From NCBI RefSeq assembly GCF_009914755.1, contig NC_060934.1: a DNA stretch of 64,000 nucleotides. The stretch is one strand, 5' to 3'. The notes under the pieces were generated by a model. That model did not search any database. It was not told the DNA's origin and worked only from the letters and a program-made list of their open reading frames with translations. Below are positions 1 through 13,450 of this stretch, piece after piece. Every line of letters begins with the position of its first letter. Positions within the stretch are counted from its first letter, which is position 1. Position numbers and translations under genes: made by a program. Source of the stretch: the human T2T-CHM13v2.0 reference genome, Homo sapiens.

Positions 1-1050
1 ACCCACAGGGGAACCTGGTCAGAGGATCCCATGTCTAGTGGAGGAATAAAATGGCCATTTATTTCCACCTTGGCTATTTAACTTACTCTGTAGTTCTGGG
101 GCCACAACTATCCCTAGGGGCAGGTGAGAACTAATAAAATGTGAGCTTGCAGCTGTACCCCATATACTTTTGTCCTAAAGGTCACTTTTCTCTTATGCTA
201 TTGTATATGGGTTCTACATCTCTTCCTCCCAAAGCTATGGCAAAAGGAAGGCCTCTGTGGTTGCATGTACTCTCTTCAGAAAAGAGCATATACCTCAATT
301 CACAAATCCTGGATGTTATTTTATGATTTCTAATTTAAGCAAATACCTTTTACTGGAAAAGACTATTGGAAGTAAGAAAAATAAAAACCTTCTAAGAAAA
401 ATTTCAAATAATATAGGACAAAATAGAAAACAAAGGAAATAAGATATTCAATATGTTAAAAATAAAGACCTTTGGTTATATCATCATGTGATGAAAACTT
501 TAATTGACTTGCCTTGGGGGTTAGGGGCCTATTTCACACATCATTCCACCACTTAAAGGGTACAGAATATTCTAGACTTTTCCCCCCATAAACTCCTTTT
601 AGTCCATCCTATTCCCTTTTGGTTTTTCTGATTTGGGGATTTACAGCTAATGAATATCAATTGCCATTTGTAGATGTGGCAGATGTGATTATAATATACT
701 CCGTGAATTAGTTCCAATTGTTTTGTTTAAAAAGCCAATTATGATTCTGGAAACTGATTGGAGAGGAGAAAAGTAAAAGATTCACAATAAATTATGGCAT
801 ACCCCCATTTGGGAAAAGGTGTCTGGTGGTAAGCCACAGGGGAGAGGTTTAGTTAACATTTTCATTAATAATCAGGGAGAAGTAGTAAATAGCACGTAAA
901 TAAAGCAGGCAGATCCATCCAAGTGGGCTGGTGCTAATGAAAGAGGAAGCAATGGAAATGGACGTTTTGCAGCTTTTACATTAAGGCAGATAGGAAGCAT
1001 GTGGGAATATGCTAACTCTATCCTGATATAATATTTGATTGGTGCAAAAT

Positions 1051-1345
1051 TTTTTTTTTTTGAGACAGAGTCCGACTCCATCACCCAAGCTAGAGTGCAG
1101 TGGTGCAATCTTGGCTCACTGCAATCTCCGCCTCCAGGGTTCAAATTCTTTTCTTGCCTCAGCCTCCCGAGTAGCTGAGATTACAGGCATACATCACCAT
1201 GCCCGGTTAATTTTTTTTGTATTTTTAGTAGAGGCGGGGTTTTGCCATGTTGGCCAGGCTGGTCTCAAACTCCTGACCTCAGGTGATCCGCCCTTCTCGG
1301 CCGCCCAAAATGCTGGGATTACAGGTACGAGCCAACGCGCCCGGC
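1051..1345 (-). mobile_element. Full-length Alu (AluS class) with 16-bp TSD
   Basis: Poly-T followed by reverse-complement Alu dimer ending ...GCGCCCGGC; TSD TGATTGGTGCAAAATT at 1036-1051 and 1346-1361. Confidence 0.97.
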
Positions 1346-1415
1346 TGATTGGTGCAAAATTAATTGCAGTTTTGCCATTACTTTAAATGCCATTAAAAGT
1401 AGTAACCTAACCTAA
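1346..1415. mobile_element. MADE1 (Mariner-derived MITE) remnant, target of the Alu insertion
   Basis: TTGGTGCAAAATTAATTGCAGTTTTGCCATTACTTTAAATG matches the MADE1 TIR/centre (TTGGTGCAAAAGTAATTGCGGTTTTTGCCATTACTTTTAATG); the right arm is degraded. Confidence 0.8.
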
Positions 1416-1569
1416 TACTAATTTTCTCTTTCCCAGAACAGCTATCTAATGTTGTCACTTACATCACCATTTCCTCAGTCACCCAGCTCAAATCCTGGAA
1501 GTTATCTTTAATTATTTTCATTTATTTATATTCTAAAACTAAATAACACTTATTTCACATTTACTATAT

Positions 1570-1725
1570 GAAAGACACTATGCTAAACAGTTTGCATGTA
1601 TTATCTCATTTAATCCTCAGAAAAATTCTTTGACGTAAGTTTTGGTTATTTACATTTTGCAGATGAGAAAACAAGAGGTTTTGAGGCATTTGATAACTTG
1701 GCCAAGACCTGATAGTTAATATAAA
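1570..1725 (-). mobile_element. MIR SINE
   Basis: TCTCATTTAATCCTCA...CATTTTGCAGATGAGAAAAC, the reverse-complement MIR core. Confidence 0.8.
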
Positions 1726-4700
1726 CTAGTTCTCTGTATACTTAGTGTGTGTCACCACACGTAGCAGATTCTTCCTTGGTATGTGCTCTTTCAATCTTTT
1801 ATTATTCTCCATTGGCTCATCACCCGTTGCAGTCATTTCGTAACTTCTATTCCTATCATGAGTCTATCTCAGCAGTGTGCATTGGCCATATGGCAAAAAC
1901 TACTTCAACTGTGTAAGTCCTGTAACTCCCATGATCAAAAAGATGTACTTACTCCCCAGTGTTTACATACCACAACTAATTATAGTCCTGTAACTTTTAA
2001 ATAGTGTTTCTCTATTTATTATCAACTTGTTCTAGAAAAGATTAGTCTTTTTAACATAAATAATGTCAAGATAAAACTAAGTACAAAATACATAAGTGAA
2101 AAAATGAACACAGAAGAAACTGATCATATGAAAAAAACACTCGTAAAGGCAGAAATGAAATTAGGGTACAAAAATTTATAAGACCCTGAATGTTTACCAC
2201 CAAATGCAGGGTGGCTTTCATACATTTGTGTGAAGAATTGACACTCCGTTTGTAGCATCATTCTTAAGGATGATAATGGAAAGAGAGAGCTGACTCTGAT
2301 ACAATCTGTGATGCTTGCTTCTAGGGTAGAGAAGCCCCATTCAGCACCACAAGGTTCTGATTATAGATTCATTTGCTGAGAAATTTTGCATGTAGGTTAA
2401 CATACCTATTTTCAAAATAAAATCTAGAGGAAATCTATTTATCTGTTTTTGGATGCCTCTGGTAGGGTTGCATTGGATGTACTAAAAGTATTGGAATTCC
2501 TTATTCTCCAAAATAGGTCAAGTAAATATCTGATAATTAATCAAAGATACAGCATATCTGACAGTAAGCCTTAATGTGGGAAAGCAAATCAAGATCGAAG
2601 GGAAGAATTCAAAGGCCACTTTGAATTAGTGGGTTCAACAAGTCACACTAAATTTAATACTTTGTCAAATATTTCCCACAGTATTTGGGAGTTCTTTCTA
2701 GGGAGGTGCTTCCCTGTCATTACCTACTTGCTTGTGGAATATTTTTGACATGTTTTTCCCTAAATTCAGGGATGTTTTGCCCTTTTCTCTCCCATTTTCT
2801 GATCCCATTCATTCTTTCTGCCTATCATCTTTGCTATATATTCCTATTTTTTAGCTTTCTTACATCTCCATGAATTTTTTTAAAAAGTCCCCTTCTCTCA
2901 TGACGATACAACAATAATTGCAGAGCCTCATGTATAACCCAGACAGATCAAGGTAACAGGAATCTATGGGTTCGAGAGAATTAAGTGAGCCTACTATGTG
3001 GAAAACTAGAGCCCTGGAAAGCATTACTTCCTAGGTTTTTCTATCTCTCCAGGTGACAATGTTCTGAGATTTCTAAATAGGACTGGGAGGTCCCTGGGGA
3101 TAGTGGGGTGTGGGGAATTCTGGAGTCTGGAGGGCAGCCTACAGGTACAGTGAAAGGTGAGCAGAAAGTCTCCGGCCTCCCCTGTGTATGGAGTCAGCAC
3201 CCCTTTGGCCTTACTTCTTACCAGTTGTTGTAAAAATAAAAATTTTAAGTACAAAAAATTATAAGGGGAGAAGAGGAAGAAGAGAGAACACATTTTCATT
3301 TTATGAAGAAAGGTAGATATTTAGAAGAAAGTCTAACTTAAAAAAATTGAGTCAGATAGAAAAAAGAAAGTGAATAAAGAGGAATAGAAAAAAAAGAGAA
3401 TTAAACCCCAAATAAAGGTTAATGGCTTAACATTAAAAAATAAATAAAAGGAAGAAGTGGATGAGATTTAGAATAAATGAGAGGAGGCCAGAGGGCAATG
3501 AGATAAAAGGTTAAAACCGTGACCGTAAAAGAGATAAAAGATTAAGATATATTGGAAGAGGATGGGAAGTGAAAAGTATAAAAGTTGATGGGATTAAAAA
3601 TTAAGTGCAGGAAATAACTAACATGCCAAAAGTGAAAGAGCATAAAGATGAAATGGATTTCGGTAAAATAACTCAAAAGAAAATGGAAACAAATAGCATG
3701 AATATTAGACAACTAGATGAGCTGAAAGAGGTATGTTGTGTGAGGGCAGCTGCTTTCTGCAGTTGCAAGTCCACAGCAAAAGGGGCAGCCCTGTCATGGG
3801 ACTGGGAGCCATGTGGCTCCCTCAGTTCTCTGCAATTCATCACAGCCTCTCACACCTTTGTCTCTAGAGCCAGAGCCTTCAGACCAAGACAATCGAACAT
3901 CCCTGGATATCTGAGATAGCCAGCCTTTCTTCTGGAGAGCTTCCCAGGTGAGCCTGCAGAACATATCTGAAATATTTCCTGGCCTGTTTATTTAAAATTT
4001 TGAAATATGTAAAATTCATCAGAAGTTCTTTCTTTTCTAAGATGCCTTTCTCCTCTCCTTCAGCTTACATAGAAACACCCATGAGCTGTGAAATTTTCTG
4101 CTTGTCATGTGTTTTGATATTCGCTGATAGTTTTATTTGTGTATTTCCAAGTTCTTCCTAAAACGCGAAAGCATGAAGAGGGGAGACAGCGGTCTCTTAG
4201 ACCATTGTCTTAGTTTAAATGTCAAATTCATGGTGTTACAAGATTTCATGCTACCACGGCTAAGAGAATTTTATAATTGTCAACCCGTTCCCCTGCCCAC
4301 TCATTCTCTGCCTGCAAAGGCATATCTTTCTTTCTGTAGGAGAGTTCTCCTTTGTCAAATAGACTTCTCCCATGACGGGTGGAATTTGCTTACATTAAAA
4401 AGATCGGCTCAAGTTGAACCAAAGTATCTTAGTCATACTCCTAATTTTTTAAGACAGGGAATCTGATTAACCCATCTTGACCTGAAGGTAAGGGAAGCAA
4501 AGCAGTGTTGAACTGAGCAGTGGAAGAGCTTGGGAGGGTGTGAAGGTTATAGCGAGACACTCTGCAGAGTAGCTGCAAGATTTGATGGAAATGGATTGAA
4601 GAGAGGAGGGATTTTTATAGATGGTACTGTGGACCATGTATTTGAATTCCCTTTGTGCTTTTTGAGAAATGCAATCAAAGATTTCAGTCTGAAGTTATAT

Positions 4701-4929
4701 TTGGTTGCTGGGTTGTGTTTCTGTGAATAGGAAACTATTCTAAGAGTGAAACACCTGGATCTTGGTTTTATCAAGGCTACGATAATGATTCCAAATACGT
4801 AAAAGCGAATTTTGTGAAGTGCAACATATAATAAAATGATTTTGGAAATGCAATGTGATAGAAATTATGATGGAATGTTAAAAAGGAAGGAATAAGCTCC
4901 AAGCAAAAATTGAATTTTCTTCTTCCACC

Positions 4930-5520
4930 TTTATTTCATTCTTTTTGAGAAAGTACTATGTACAATGTAAAGTGTTGTAGGGGATGCAAAAGATGAATAA
5001 AGACATTCTCATTTGCTTATAATTTAATGGGAGAGATAATATATCTAGCAGCAATGAAAAACAAGGAATGAGGAGATAATTGTCAAAAGAAATATTTGTT
5101 CAGAGTTATATGGATTTTTCTGAAATAAGATATGACAGTGACCTGAATGGGTAAGAAGGCTTCAAGAGGAGGTCTGAATGTTTGAGAGTCAGTAGGATTA
5201 ATGGTTGTTGGGGTTGGAATTGGCATAAGCAGTAAGGCAGAGGAAAGAGATCAGCAAAGTTATAGTAGAAAATGCTTACATGTGGCGACTCTTTGGAGAA
5301 GAGCAGCAAATGGGCACTTTAGAATGAAGAATTAGGTTCAAGAAGGCAAATGGTCAGTTTTCCAGAAAGAGTTATATGAGCTGGATAATGAATGATCTTA
5401 AATGTCAGGATAAGAAATTTGTACCTGCTGCCATTGGGAGACTTTTGGGAGTCTTTGAAGGCTTTGATCTGGGGAGTGACATAATTTAAGTTATGCTTTG
5501 ATATAGCACTAGACAAAAGG
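4930..5520 (-). mobile_element. L2 LINE 3' fragment(s)
   Basis: Degenerate L2 antisense motifs (GATGCAAAAGATGAATAAAGACA, GGAGTGACATAATTTAAGTTATGCTTTG). Confidence 0.6.
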
Positions 5521-5879
5521 AAGGACTATAAAGAACAGTAACAAGAAGTAGCTGAAGAATGGGGGCAATTGTGTTAAAATGGCAGGCAGGTTACCCACAT
5601 CTACTTCCTCCTAACAGAATTCCTTTGAGACAATACAGAGGGAATGCTTTCATAAAAGCAATGGAAAACAAGGAAGGGTGATATGGGTGGAGCAGGGCAT
5701 AAACTTTTTAGATATTTCTAAAAGATATAAAGCAGAGTGGTTGGCTAGATAGAAAAAGGGAGACCAGAGGAACCAACAGCCCAAAATATAAGCAGAAGTT
5801 AGGAATGCTATCAAGGTAGGAAAAATTGGGGGACAGTCACACAGGTCTGAATCAGAGCTGGGTCAAGGTGGGTTGATCA

Positions 5880-6249
<370 letters not shown>

Positions 6250-7279
6250 CTATGTATGAGTTCTAAGCAAAAGGTGAGAGTTTTTCAAGGAAGTGGATGA
6301 GAAATAACAGTTATTTGTTTTTGAAGGGGGTTGTTGAGAATTGAAGGGCATTATCCCTTGTTTGATATTGCATTGAGAGATGTCAGAAACTAAGGCAACT
6401 TCAAAAGCAATTCATTTCACCAATCATAGGTCAAATTAATATTGTCTGACTGCAGTGAAAGGAACAAAGCCTGCTGGAAAGCAGTCTGTGACATATTAAT
6501 TAATATCAGCTTGTTGACTAATAGTATGAGGTGAATTCCAGTTCGATAGAACCATAACCTTAATCAGTCCCTGGAAAATTTTCTCTGGCAAAATTTCTCT
6601 GGCTTTATATATTGTTGTTTGTTATATTATTTCTTAAAATTGAAAATGGGTTCAATATTCCCTTTCCATCACTTGAATTCACTGTACCTCCTACCTAGCT
6701 CTGGTTTCTTTCTTTGTATACCATTGTGGTATCAAGTAACTTCCAATATTTGAATATCCAAAGTACATTCTTCAGACTGCCTTATTCGCCCTGAAATAGC
6801 ACAAATATTCTTTGTCAAACTATGTCCTCTGGTTTTTCATTTGAATTATAGTCTTGTAGTAAATTCTCCTTTGTGCCAGGCAGAACAATTTTACCCTCTA
6901 CCGAGCTCTAATTTTTCATTTCAGCCCATTTTCTGGAGAGAACTGGGGTCACTGGTTAATGCTGGTTTTAAAACAGCTTTTCATGCCACAGGCCTTGAAC
7001 ATCCCTGGCTGTGGAAAAACTTGTGAGGGTGGTTTACGTGTTTGTTTTCAGAGTCCCTTTCTCATTGCCTCCTTCCTTCCCCTTTTTTTTATTTCCCACC
7101 TCCCAGCTTTCCTGCATGTATCCAGACAGCTTCCTGTCTTCCCAGGGCACTTCTGTGTGGGAGAACTGCTCCCTTTACATTGCCTTTTACTCCATGAGTG
7201 TTCAGGCTCCATACCTCTGTCAAAAACATTTCTGTTTCATGTCTACACACATTTTTAGCCATCAATGACTGAAAATATC

Positions 7280-7397
7280 TTAGAATATTATGCTGCTGGA
7301 AAACCAGTGTACTTCCAACAAGAGTCTTTAGAGTGACTTGTGAGAATTTCAGGACTGATGATAGGATGGTCAATGTGTGGATGGTGTAATGGAGTCA
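7280..7397 (+). repeat. Local duplication, copy A (~118 bp)
   Basis: TTAGAATATTATGCTGCTGGAAAACCAGTGTACTT...GTAATGGAGTCA aligns by eye at ~85% to 8631-8667 plus 8968-9049. Confidence 0.92.
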
Positions 7398-8324
7398 GTC
7401 TTTGGTTCAATCTGTGACCTTCTCTTTGCGAACTGAGCTTTCTCCCAAATGTCTGCACTGTATCCTAGGAGTGGGCCCTGGCTGCTTGTCATGGGCTCAC
7501 CTGCTGCCATGCTTTTGCTGATTACACAGAGTGGGCAACTGAGTCAACCTGCTCCTTTATCATGTGAAGTTGAAGGTGGAAGGGTGGCCATATTTGCCAA
7601 GTGACTGAAAGGATGAGAACACCAGTCTGAAGGGAGATGATGCAATGACTGAGTGGAGAAGGGCAGAATGAAGGCAGCAGTGGAGGCCTGGTGGGTTTAC
7701 CTCCTCCTCAGGCCTTCCTGGGTTCAGCCTCACCCTCCAGCCAGTGTGATATACTTGAAAATGGCAAGCAGAGATTTGGGTGATGGCAATCCTCAACTTC
7801 AGAATTACTCTTCACCTACCTGTTCTAACCATAAGACTTGTTGATGACCCTGCTTCTGGCGATATTGTGTGGGGTAAATCCTTTAAAGAAGAATTCTGTT
7901 TATATTGGTTAGAAATATAATGGCCTATATTAAGTCCAACAGAGCTTAAAGGTAAAAAAAATAATAATGGCTTATAACTGCTTATGAGAAAGAGAGAGAA
8001 CAGAGTTGGCTAAAAATTTACAGTGTGTGGGTTGGGGACCGAGATAGCGTCCTGAGAGAAATGTTGCCTGTAAAATGAAGTAAAAATCCAGTATGGACAG
8101 GAGAAATTTTCATCTGGGAATAATGTGTGGTTTCAGCTGTAATAAATACATCTCTTCTATTGGGTTCCCCGTTTTGTCTATTGGGTTCCCTGGAAGTTTC
8201 CCTGTTTTGTCTATGAGCAGCCTAGTTTGGCCTGGTTCCCCATGCAGACACTAACTTTTTTTTTTTTTTTCAAAATATACATCTTAATACGAAGAAGGTT
8301 GGGGAGCTTGGACCCAGAATAATG

Positions 8325-8560
8325 GCTGATATTTATTGAGGGCTTACTATATGCTTTGCATTCATTATCTTATTTAAAGTTCACCAAAGCCCTATAAGAT
8401 GGATGCCCTTGTTATCCCCATTTCACAGATAAAAGTAAGGAGTCCACAGGTTAAATAATTTGCACAAGTCACATACCTTGTAGCTATGGAGCTGGGTCGC
8501 AAACTCAGGTCGTGTGGCTATAGATGCCAGGTACCATGCTTTCAGCTGCTACTCTATAAT
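8325..8560 (-). mobile_element. MIR SINE
   Basis: ATTTATTGAG...TATCCCCATTTCACAGAT...AATTTGCACAAGTCACA. Confidence 0.8.
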
Positions 8561-8630
8561 ATGCTTCCCCTACTGAGAAGATCTATCTGCTGGGAAGCAC
8601 TGCAGCCTAGAAGGAGAAAAGGGTGCCACA

Positions 8631-9049
<419 letters not shown>

Positions 9050-9457
9050 TTACATCGGGGATATCACTAGTCTCCTGCCTCCACTGCTTCACTCACATAG
9101 TTGATCTCTCTAGGCAACTGGCTTACTACCTAGAGACTAGGCTATGTTGAAATTTACACAAAAGATACTGTACAAGCATTAAGCAATGAAAACCAACCGA
9201 TCTTTCCTCATCCTTGGCAAGGGGGTTCCCTTACTTCTACCCCTGTCAAATAGGCCATTGATAATCAAGGTTGTGTTACTTAGTGTCAGGAAGTACAACT
9301 AAAGCAGTATTTCTCTCTCTCTCTCTCTGGGTTTTATCCTGGGAAAAAGAAAATACTTTTTATTATTGAGTCTTTTATTGATGATCCTTAGTCCTTAAGG
9401 GCAGAACTTCTCAGAGATAATATATGGTCACTATTTAGGATTTGTGAAATATATACC

Positions 9458-10432
9458 TGTAGGGCCCAGCCCTACGGGGCTTAGCAAGTGTTCTCCCTGT
9501 GTGTGGAGATGAGAGATTGTAATAAATAAAGACACAAGACAAAGAGATAAAGAGAAAGCAGCTGGGCCCAGGGGACCACTACCATCAAGACGCGGAGACC
9601 GGTAGTGGCCCCGAACGGCTGGGCGCGCTGATATTTAATGCATACAAGACAAGGGGGGGGCAGGGTAAGGAGGGTGGACCTTCGAAGTGATTGATAAGGT
9701 GAAGCAAGTCACGTGATCATAGGACAGGGGGCCCTTCCCTTTTAGGTAGCCGAAGCAGAGAGAGAAGGCAGCATATGTCAGCATTTTCTTCTATGCACTT
9801 ACAAGAAAGATCAAAGACTTTAAGACTTTCACTATTTCTTCTACTGCTATCTACTACGAACTTCAAAGAGGAACCAGGAGTACGGGAGAAACATGAAAGT
9901 GGACAAGGAGCGTGACCATTGAAGCACAGCACCACAGGGAGGAGTTTAGGCCTCTGGATGACTGCAGACAGGCCTGGATAGTATCCCGCCTTCCACAAGA
10001 AGCTGGTGGAGCAGAGTGTTCCCTGACTCCTCCAAGGAAAGGAGACTCCCTTTCGCGGTCTGCTAAGTAATGGGTGTCCTCCCAGACACTGGCATTACCA
10101 CTTGACCAAAGAGCCCTCAAGCGGCCCTTATATGGGTGTGACAGAGGGCTCACCTCTTGCCTTCTAAGTCACTTCTCACAATGTCGCTTCAGTACCTGAC
10201 CTTATACCCACCGGTTATTCCTAGGTCATATTAGTAATGCAACAAAGAGTAATATTAAAAGCTAATGATTAATAATGTTTATAATAATGATTGATAATTG
10301 TCCATGATCATCTCTATATCTAATTTGTATTATGACTATTCTTATTTTAACTATTTTCTTTATTATACTGAAACAGTTTGTGCCTTCAGTCTCTTGCCTC
10401 GGCACCTAGGTACATAAGCACTTTCGTGCACA
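9458..10432 (-). mobile_element. Solo LTR of LTR13/LTR13A family (ERVK, HERV-K13/HML-4)
   Basis: 975 bp with TG...CA termini; 6-bp TSD TATACC at 9452-9457 and 10433-10438 (betaretrovirus-like); minus-strand CCTAGGTGCCGAGGCAAGAGACTGAAGGCACAAACTG and end ...AGGGCTGGGCCCTACA match the recalled LTR13A. Confidence 0.9.
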
Positions 10433-11229
10433 TATACCCACATGTTATCTCGTTGTTTCTTAATCTTGCTGCCTATTTCTGTTTGTTGCTACCAAAAATT
10501 CCAAAATAATAGGGTTCAGGAGGGAGAATTTGGAGCTGAATGTTGGACAGGGGGAATTATTTCTATCCCTCAGATTAGGTGGTTTATCAGGGAGAGGGCT
10601 GCTGGAGGCCGATGCAGTTTTGAAAATGGGCAACAAGACATTTCTCAGTCCTGAATCAAAATAAAGCCACAAAAGATCTTCCCATAGAGGGTAAAGGGAT
10701 TACATCTTTCATATGGGATTTGACATTGTATTTTCTACTTTTTTCTCCCCCTGTGCATGTTGGGAGTGTGACTGATCCATGAAAACTTTTCCAGTCCTGG
10801 CTTTCATGATTTTTTTTCCCCTTTCAGAAAAAAATAGTTATTATAAAAGAAGCACAACTCCTCTAGCCTCTCCAAAATAGAATAATGACATTTTCATAGC
10901 AAGCGATTGTGGGAGGAAGTGCGGGGATGTTGCACTGGCTGAAATCCAGTGGTTTTTAAAGAACCAGAGAAAGGTCATTCACCTCTTAAAAAGTGACAGT
11001 TGTGAAAACAAGCCAATTTTGGAATTTGTCATCGTGCGTTAACAGCATACCCTTTTGTAGTTACTGATATCTGTCAGGGTAAATGCCAGCAATAAAGAGC
11101 TTGCTTGCAGGCTTTGCTGAGGAGGTAGAAGTCTTGTATTTTAGGCCTGTACACATTTCTTTGGCTTGTTGGAAGCAGAAGTGGTTGAAAGAGCTTTGGC
11201 CTGGGACTTCTGATGCTTTATTTATCCTG

Positions 11230-11370
11230 GCTGTGACACTGAGGAGCTTCTTGACACTGTGGTTCACAAATCTCTCTGGTTCTCAAGTTCCTTCATCTGT
11301 AATGTGAATGAGAGTTAAAAAAGATTAACTCTAAGATCCTTTCTTGCTCAAAAATTCAGTAATTCTAAGA
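11230..11370 (+). mobile_element. MIR3/MIRc fragment
   Basis: TTCCTTCATCTGTAA core and the CTAAGATCCTTTC...AATTCTA tail. Confidence 0.6.
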
Positions 11371-11770
11371 TCTGGATAAATGCCAGAAAACACAATGGTC
11401 TCTGTATCAATACTTTATTTTTTCTCCAGGAAATAATTGGTTCCTTAAAAGACCTTGCCTAGGGTGGATGGACAGTTTGCCAGTTGCATTTTGGAAGAAA
11501 AGCTTCTATTTAGCAGCACTTTCTCTAAACCTTCCTTGACTTGCGTTAAGAGAGACCCTGGTGTGGCCAGATCTGTATCTTTGCACCTTGCCTCCTAAGC
11601 CCGAGTCCTCATGACCTAACTTAATATTTGAGCCAATTGCTCAGAGTTGCTCCCTTTGGTGTATCTGTGCCTGGATCTCAGTCCTAAAAATGACATTTTG
11701 TTGTTCAGGATGATTAATATTAAAATTGAAGCTTTTGAAAGTACAAAACAAACTAAGACACCATGGAGTC

Positions 11771-12157
11771 TGTGATGGTCAGTTTTATATGTCAGTTACG
11801 CAATCAAACACTAATGAGGGGTTGCTGTGAAGGTATTTTGTAGCTGTGATTAATGTTCATTATCAGGTGACTTTAAGTACAGGGAATTATCCTGGGTAAT
11901 GTGAGTGGGCCCAATTCAATCAGGTGGAAGGTCTTAATGGCAGAACTGCAGTTTCCTGGAAGAGGAAGAAATTTCATGTGTGACTGTAGCTTCAGCCTAT
12001 GTTCAAGAGTTCCAGCCTATCTTTCTTGGTGGCCTGCTCTAAGCATTTTGGTCTTGCCTAGCCTAGCCCACAATTGTATAAGCCAATGACTTGCAATAAT
12101 CCCTTAATATCTATCTCCTACTGGTTCTGTGTCTCTGGTAGAATTTTGGCAGATGCA
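11771..12157 (+). mobile_element. MLT2D-like solo LTR (ERVL)
   Basis: TGTGATGGTCAGTTTTATATGTCA start; GTTGCTGTGAAGGTATTTTGTAG; end CTACTGGTTCTGTGTCTCTGG. Confidence 0.85.
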
Positions 12158-12704
12158 GACCTCAAGTCCTGCATTTTATAGAGAAACTGGGGTTCAGTCC
12201 CCAGAGTTCGTTGATGGGACAGCCAGGTGCCCTGACTTTCAGGTCTATAAACTTCTCACAGAACCATATTTCTACTGCCTAGAATCCAGTCCTCAGTGTG
12301 GACACCAGGGCATAGATTTAATACATGATGGAGTCATGCCTCCTCACCCTGTGCTTCCAAATGGGTTCACTATGTCTTGGTAGATGGGTTCACCATTTTT
12401 CAATGTCTTCTGTGTTGAATGTCCTGGTGGAAATGCAAACATAGTGCCCAGGAACATTACAACCCATGGGACTTTAGCAAGAAAATCTAGTGCTCAGATT
12501 TTGTGGAAAGTTACTTAGCAAGATGTTGAGGGATACTGGAATCTTAGAAGAGCAATCCAGCTGCATCTGTGAGCCATGACAAAAGTGTTATAAGGCTGCA
12601 AAGATACTTCTTGTCCATGCTTTTCCTTGGAAAAGTAAAGCTCTTGTGTAGTTGCTCTTAATTTTTTTTAGAATTGACTGAGAGGCCTTGGAGAATCTAA
12701 TGCA

Positions 12705-12872
12705 GATGTAGTGGGTGGCTGTTCCGTGCATTATAGAATGTTCAGCAGCATTCCTGGCCTCTACTCCCTACTAGAAGCCAGTAGCATTCTCTTAGCCGAG
12801 ACAACCAAAAGTGTATCTAGGCATTGTCAAATAGCTCTGGAGGGCAAAATCACATCTGATTAAGAAACACTG
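12705..12872 (+). mobile_element. MER20 (hAT-Charlie) partial
   Basis: GTGCATTATAGAATGTTCAGCAGCATTCCTGGCCTCTAC...GAGGGCAAAATCAC...TAAGAAACACTG. Confidence 0.85.
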
Positions 12873-12879
12873 ACCTAAG

Positions 12880-12985
12880 AGAAGCCAGAAAATTGCACAT
12901 ATGAAGAAAATTTTGCGTATGATTTAAGGGTGTTCCTAGACCTCCCTAAAACCATCCACAGGGACCCCAGGTTAAGAACCTTTGT
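12880..12985 (+). mobile_element. Charlie4z-like hAT MITE (right part; left part at ~12670-12700)
   Basis: AAATTTTGCGTATGATTTAAGGG...GGACCCCAGGTTAAGAACC; similar relics at ~17220-17400 (-) and ~40650-40800 (+). Confidence 0.55.
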
Positions 12986-13279
12986 TATTCTAGGTTCAAC
13001 TGTCTTTTCTATATTGCTATTTGGAATATTTGTATTGAATTGTCATGTGTATACATTTTGTCTACTAGCTGGAATGGAAGTTCTTTGAACAGAAGAGAGC
13101 ATGTCAAATATTGTTTTAGTATATTGTTTGCATCATAATAGCTCTCAGTAAACACTGATTGACTGATTGAAAAAACAGTGGAGGCTCCCAGGACATACTT
13201 CCTTCCCTGGGAAGCAGTATTGGTTCAGAGCATCTACTGCCCCAACCCTCCCAGCCCCATCAGAGAGACAGTAGCTTTG

Positions 13280-13450
13280 CTCCTAGTAAAGAGCTATGTT
13301 AACTTTGGATAAAGTTGCATAAACCCTCTAAGTCTCAGGTCTCATCTCTAAAATGTGGAAATCATAGAGTTGTCATGGGCATAAAAATAGGTAGTTATGT
13401 AAAGCATTTGGCACACAAAATGTCCTATAAATATTAGCCATTACTATTGT
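13280..13450 (+). mobile_element. MIR SINE
   Basis: TCTCATCTCTAAAATG...TATGTAAAGCATTTGGCACA...AAATATTAGCCATTA. Confidence 0.7.

Noticed and set aside
872-1386. ORFs with '[15 protein letters not shown]' type peptides (also 5877-6249, 8641-8982, 32228-32647, 43939-44911, 49947-50219)
   Set aside because: Standard Alu-derived translations
3230-3730. Strongly purine-rich tract with a Lys/Glu-rich ORF (3605-3919)
   Set aside because: Low-complexity A/G skew, possibly decayed L1; the ORF start is non-ATG and not recognisable
7340-7400. TGATGA as a box C of a duplicated snoRNA
   Set aside because: The motif is not preserved in copy B (TGATAA), and there is no suitably placed box D with a terminal stem
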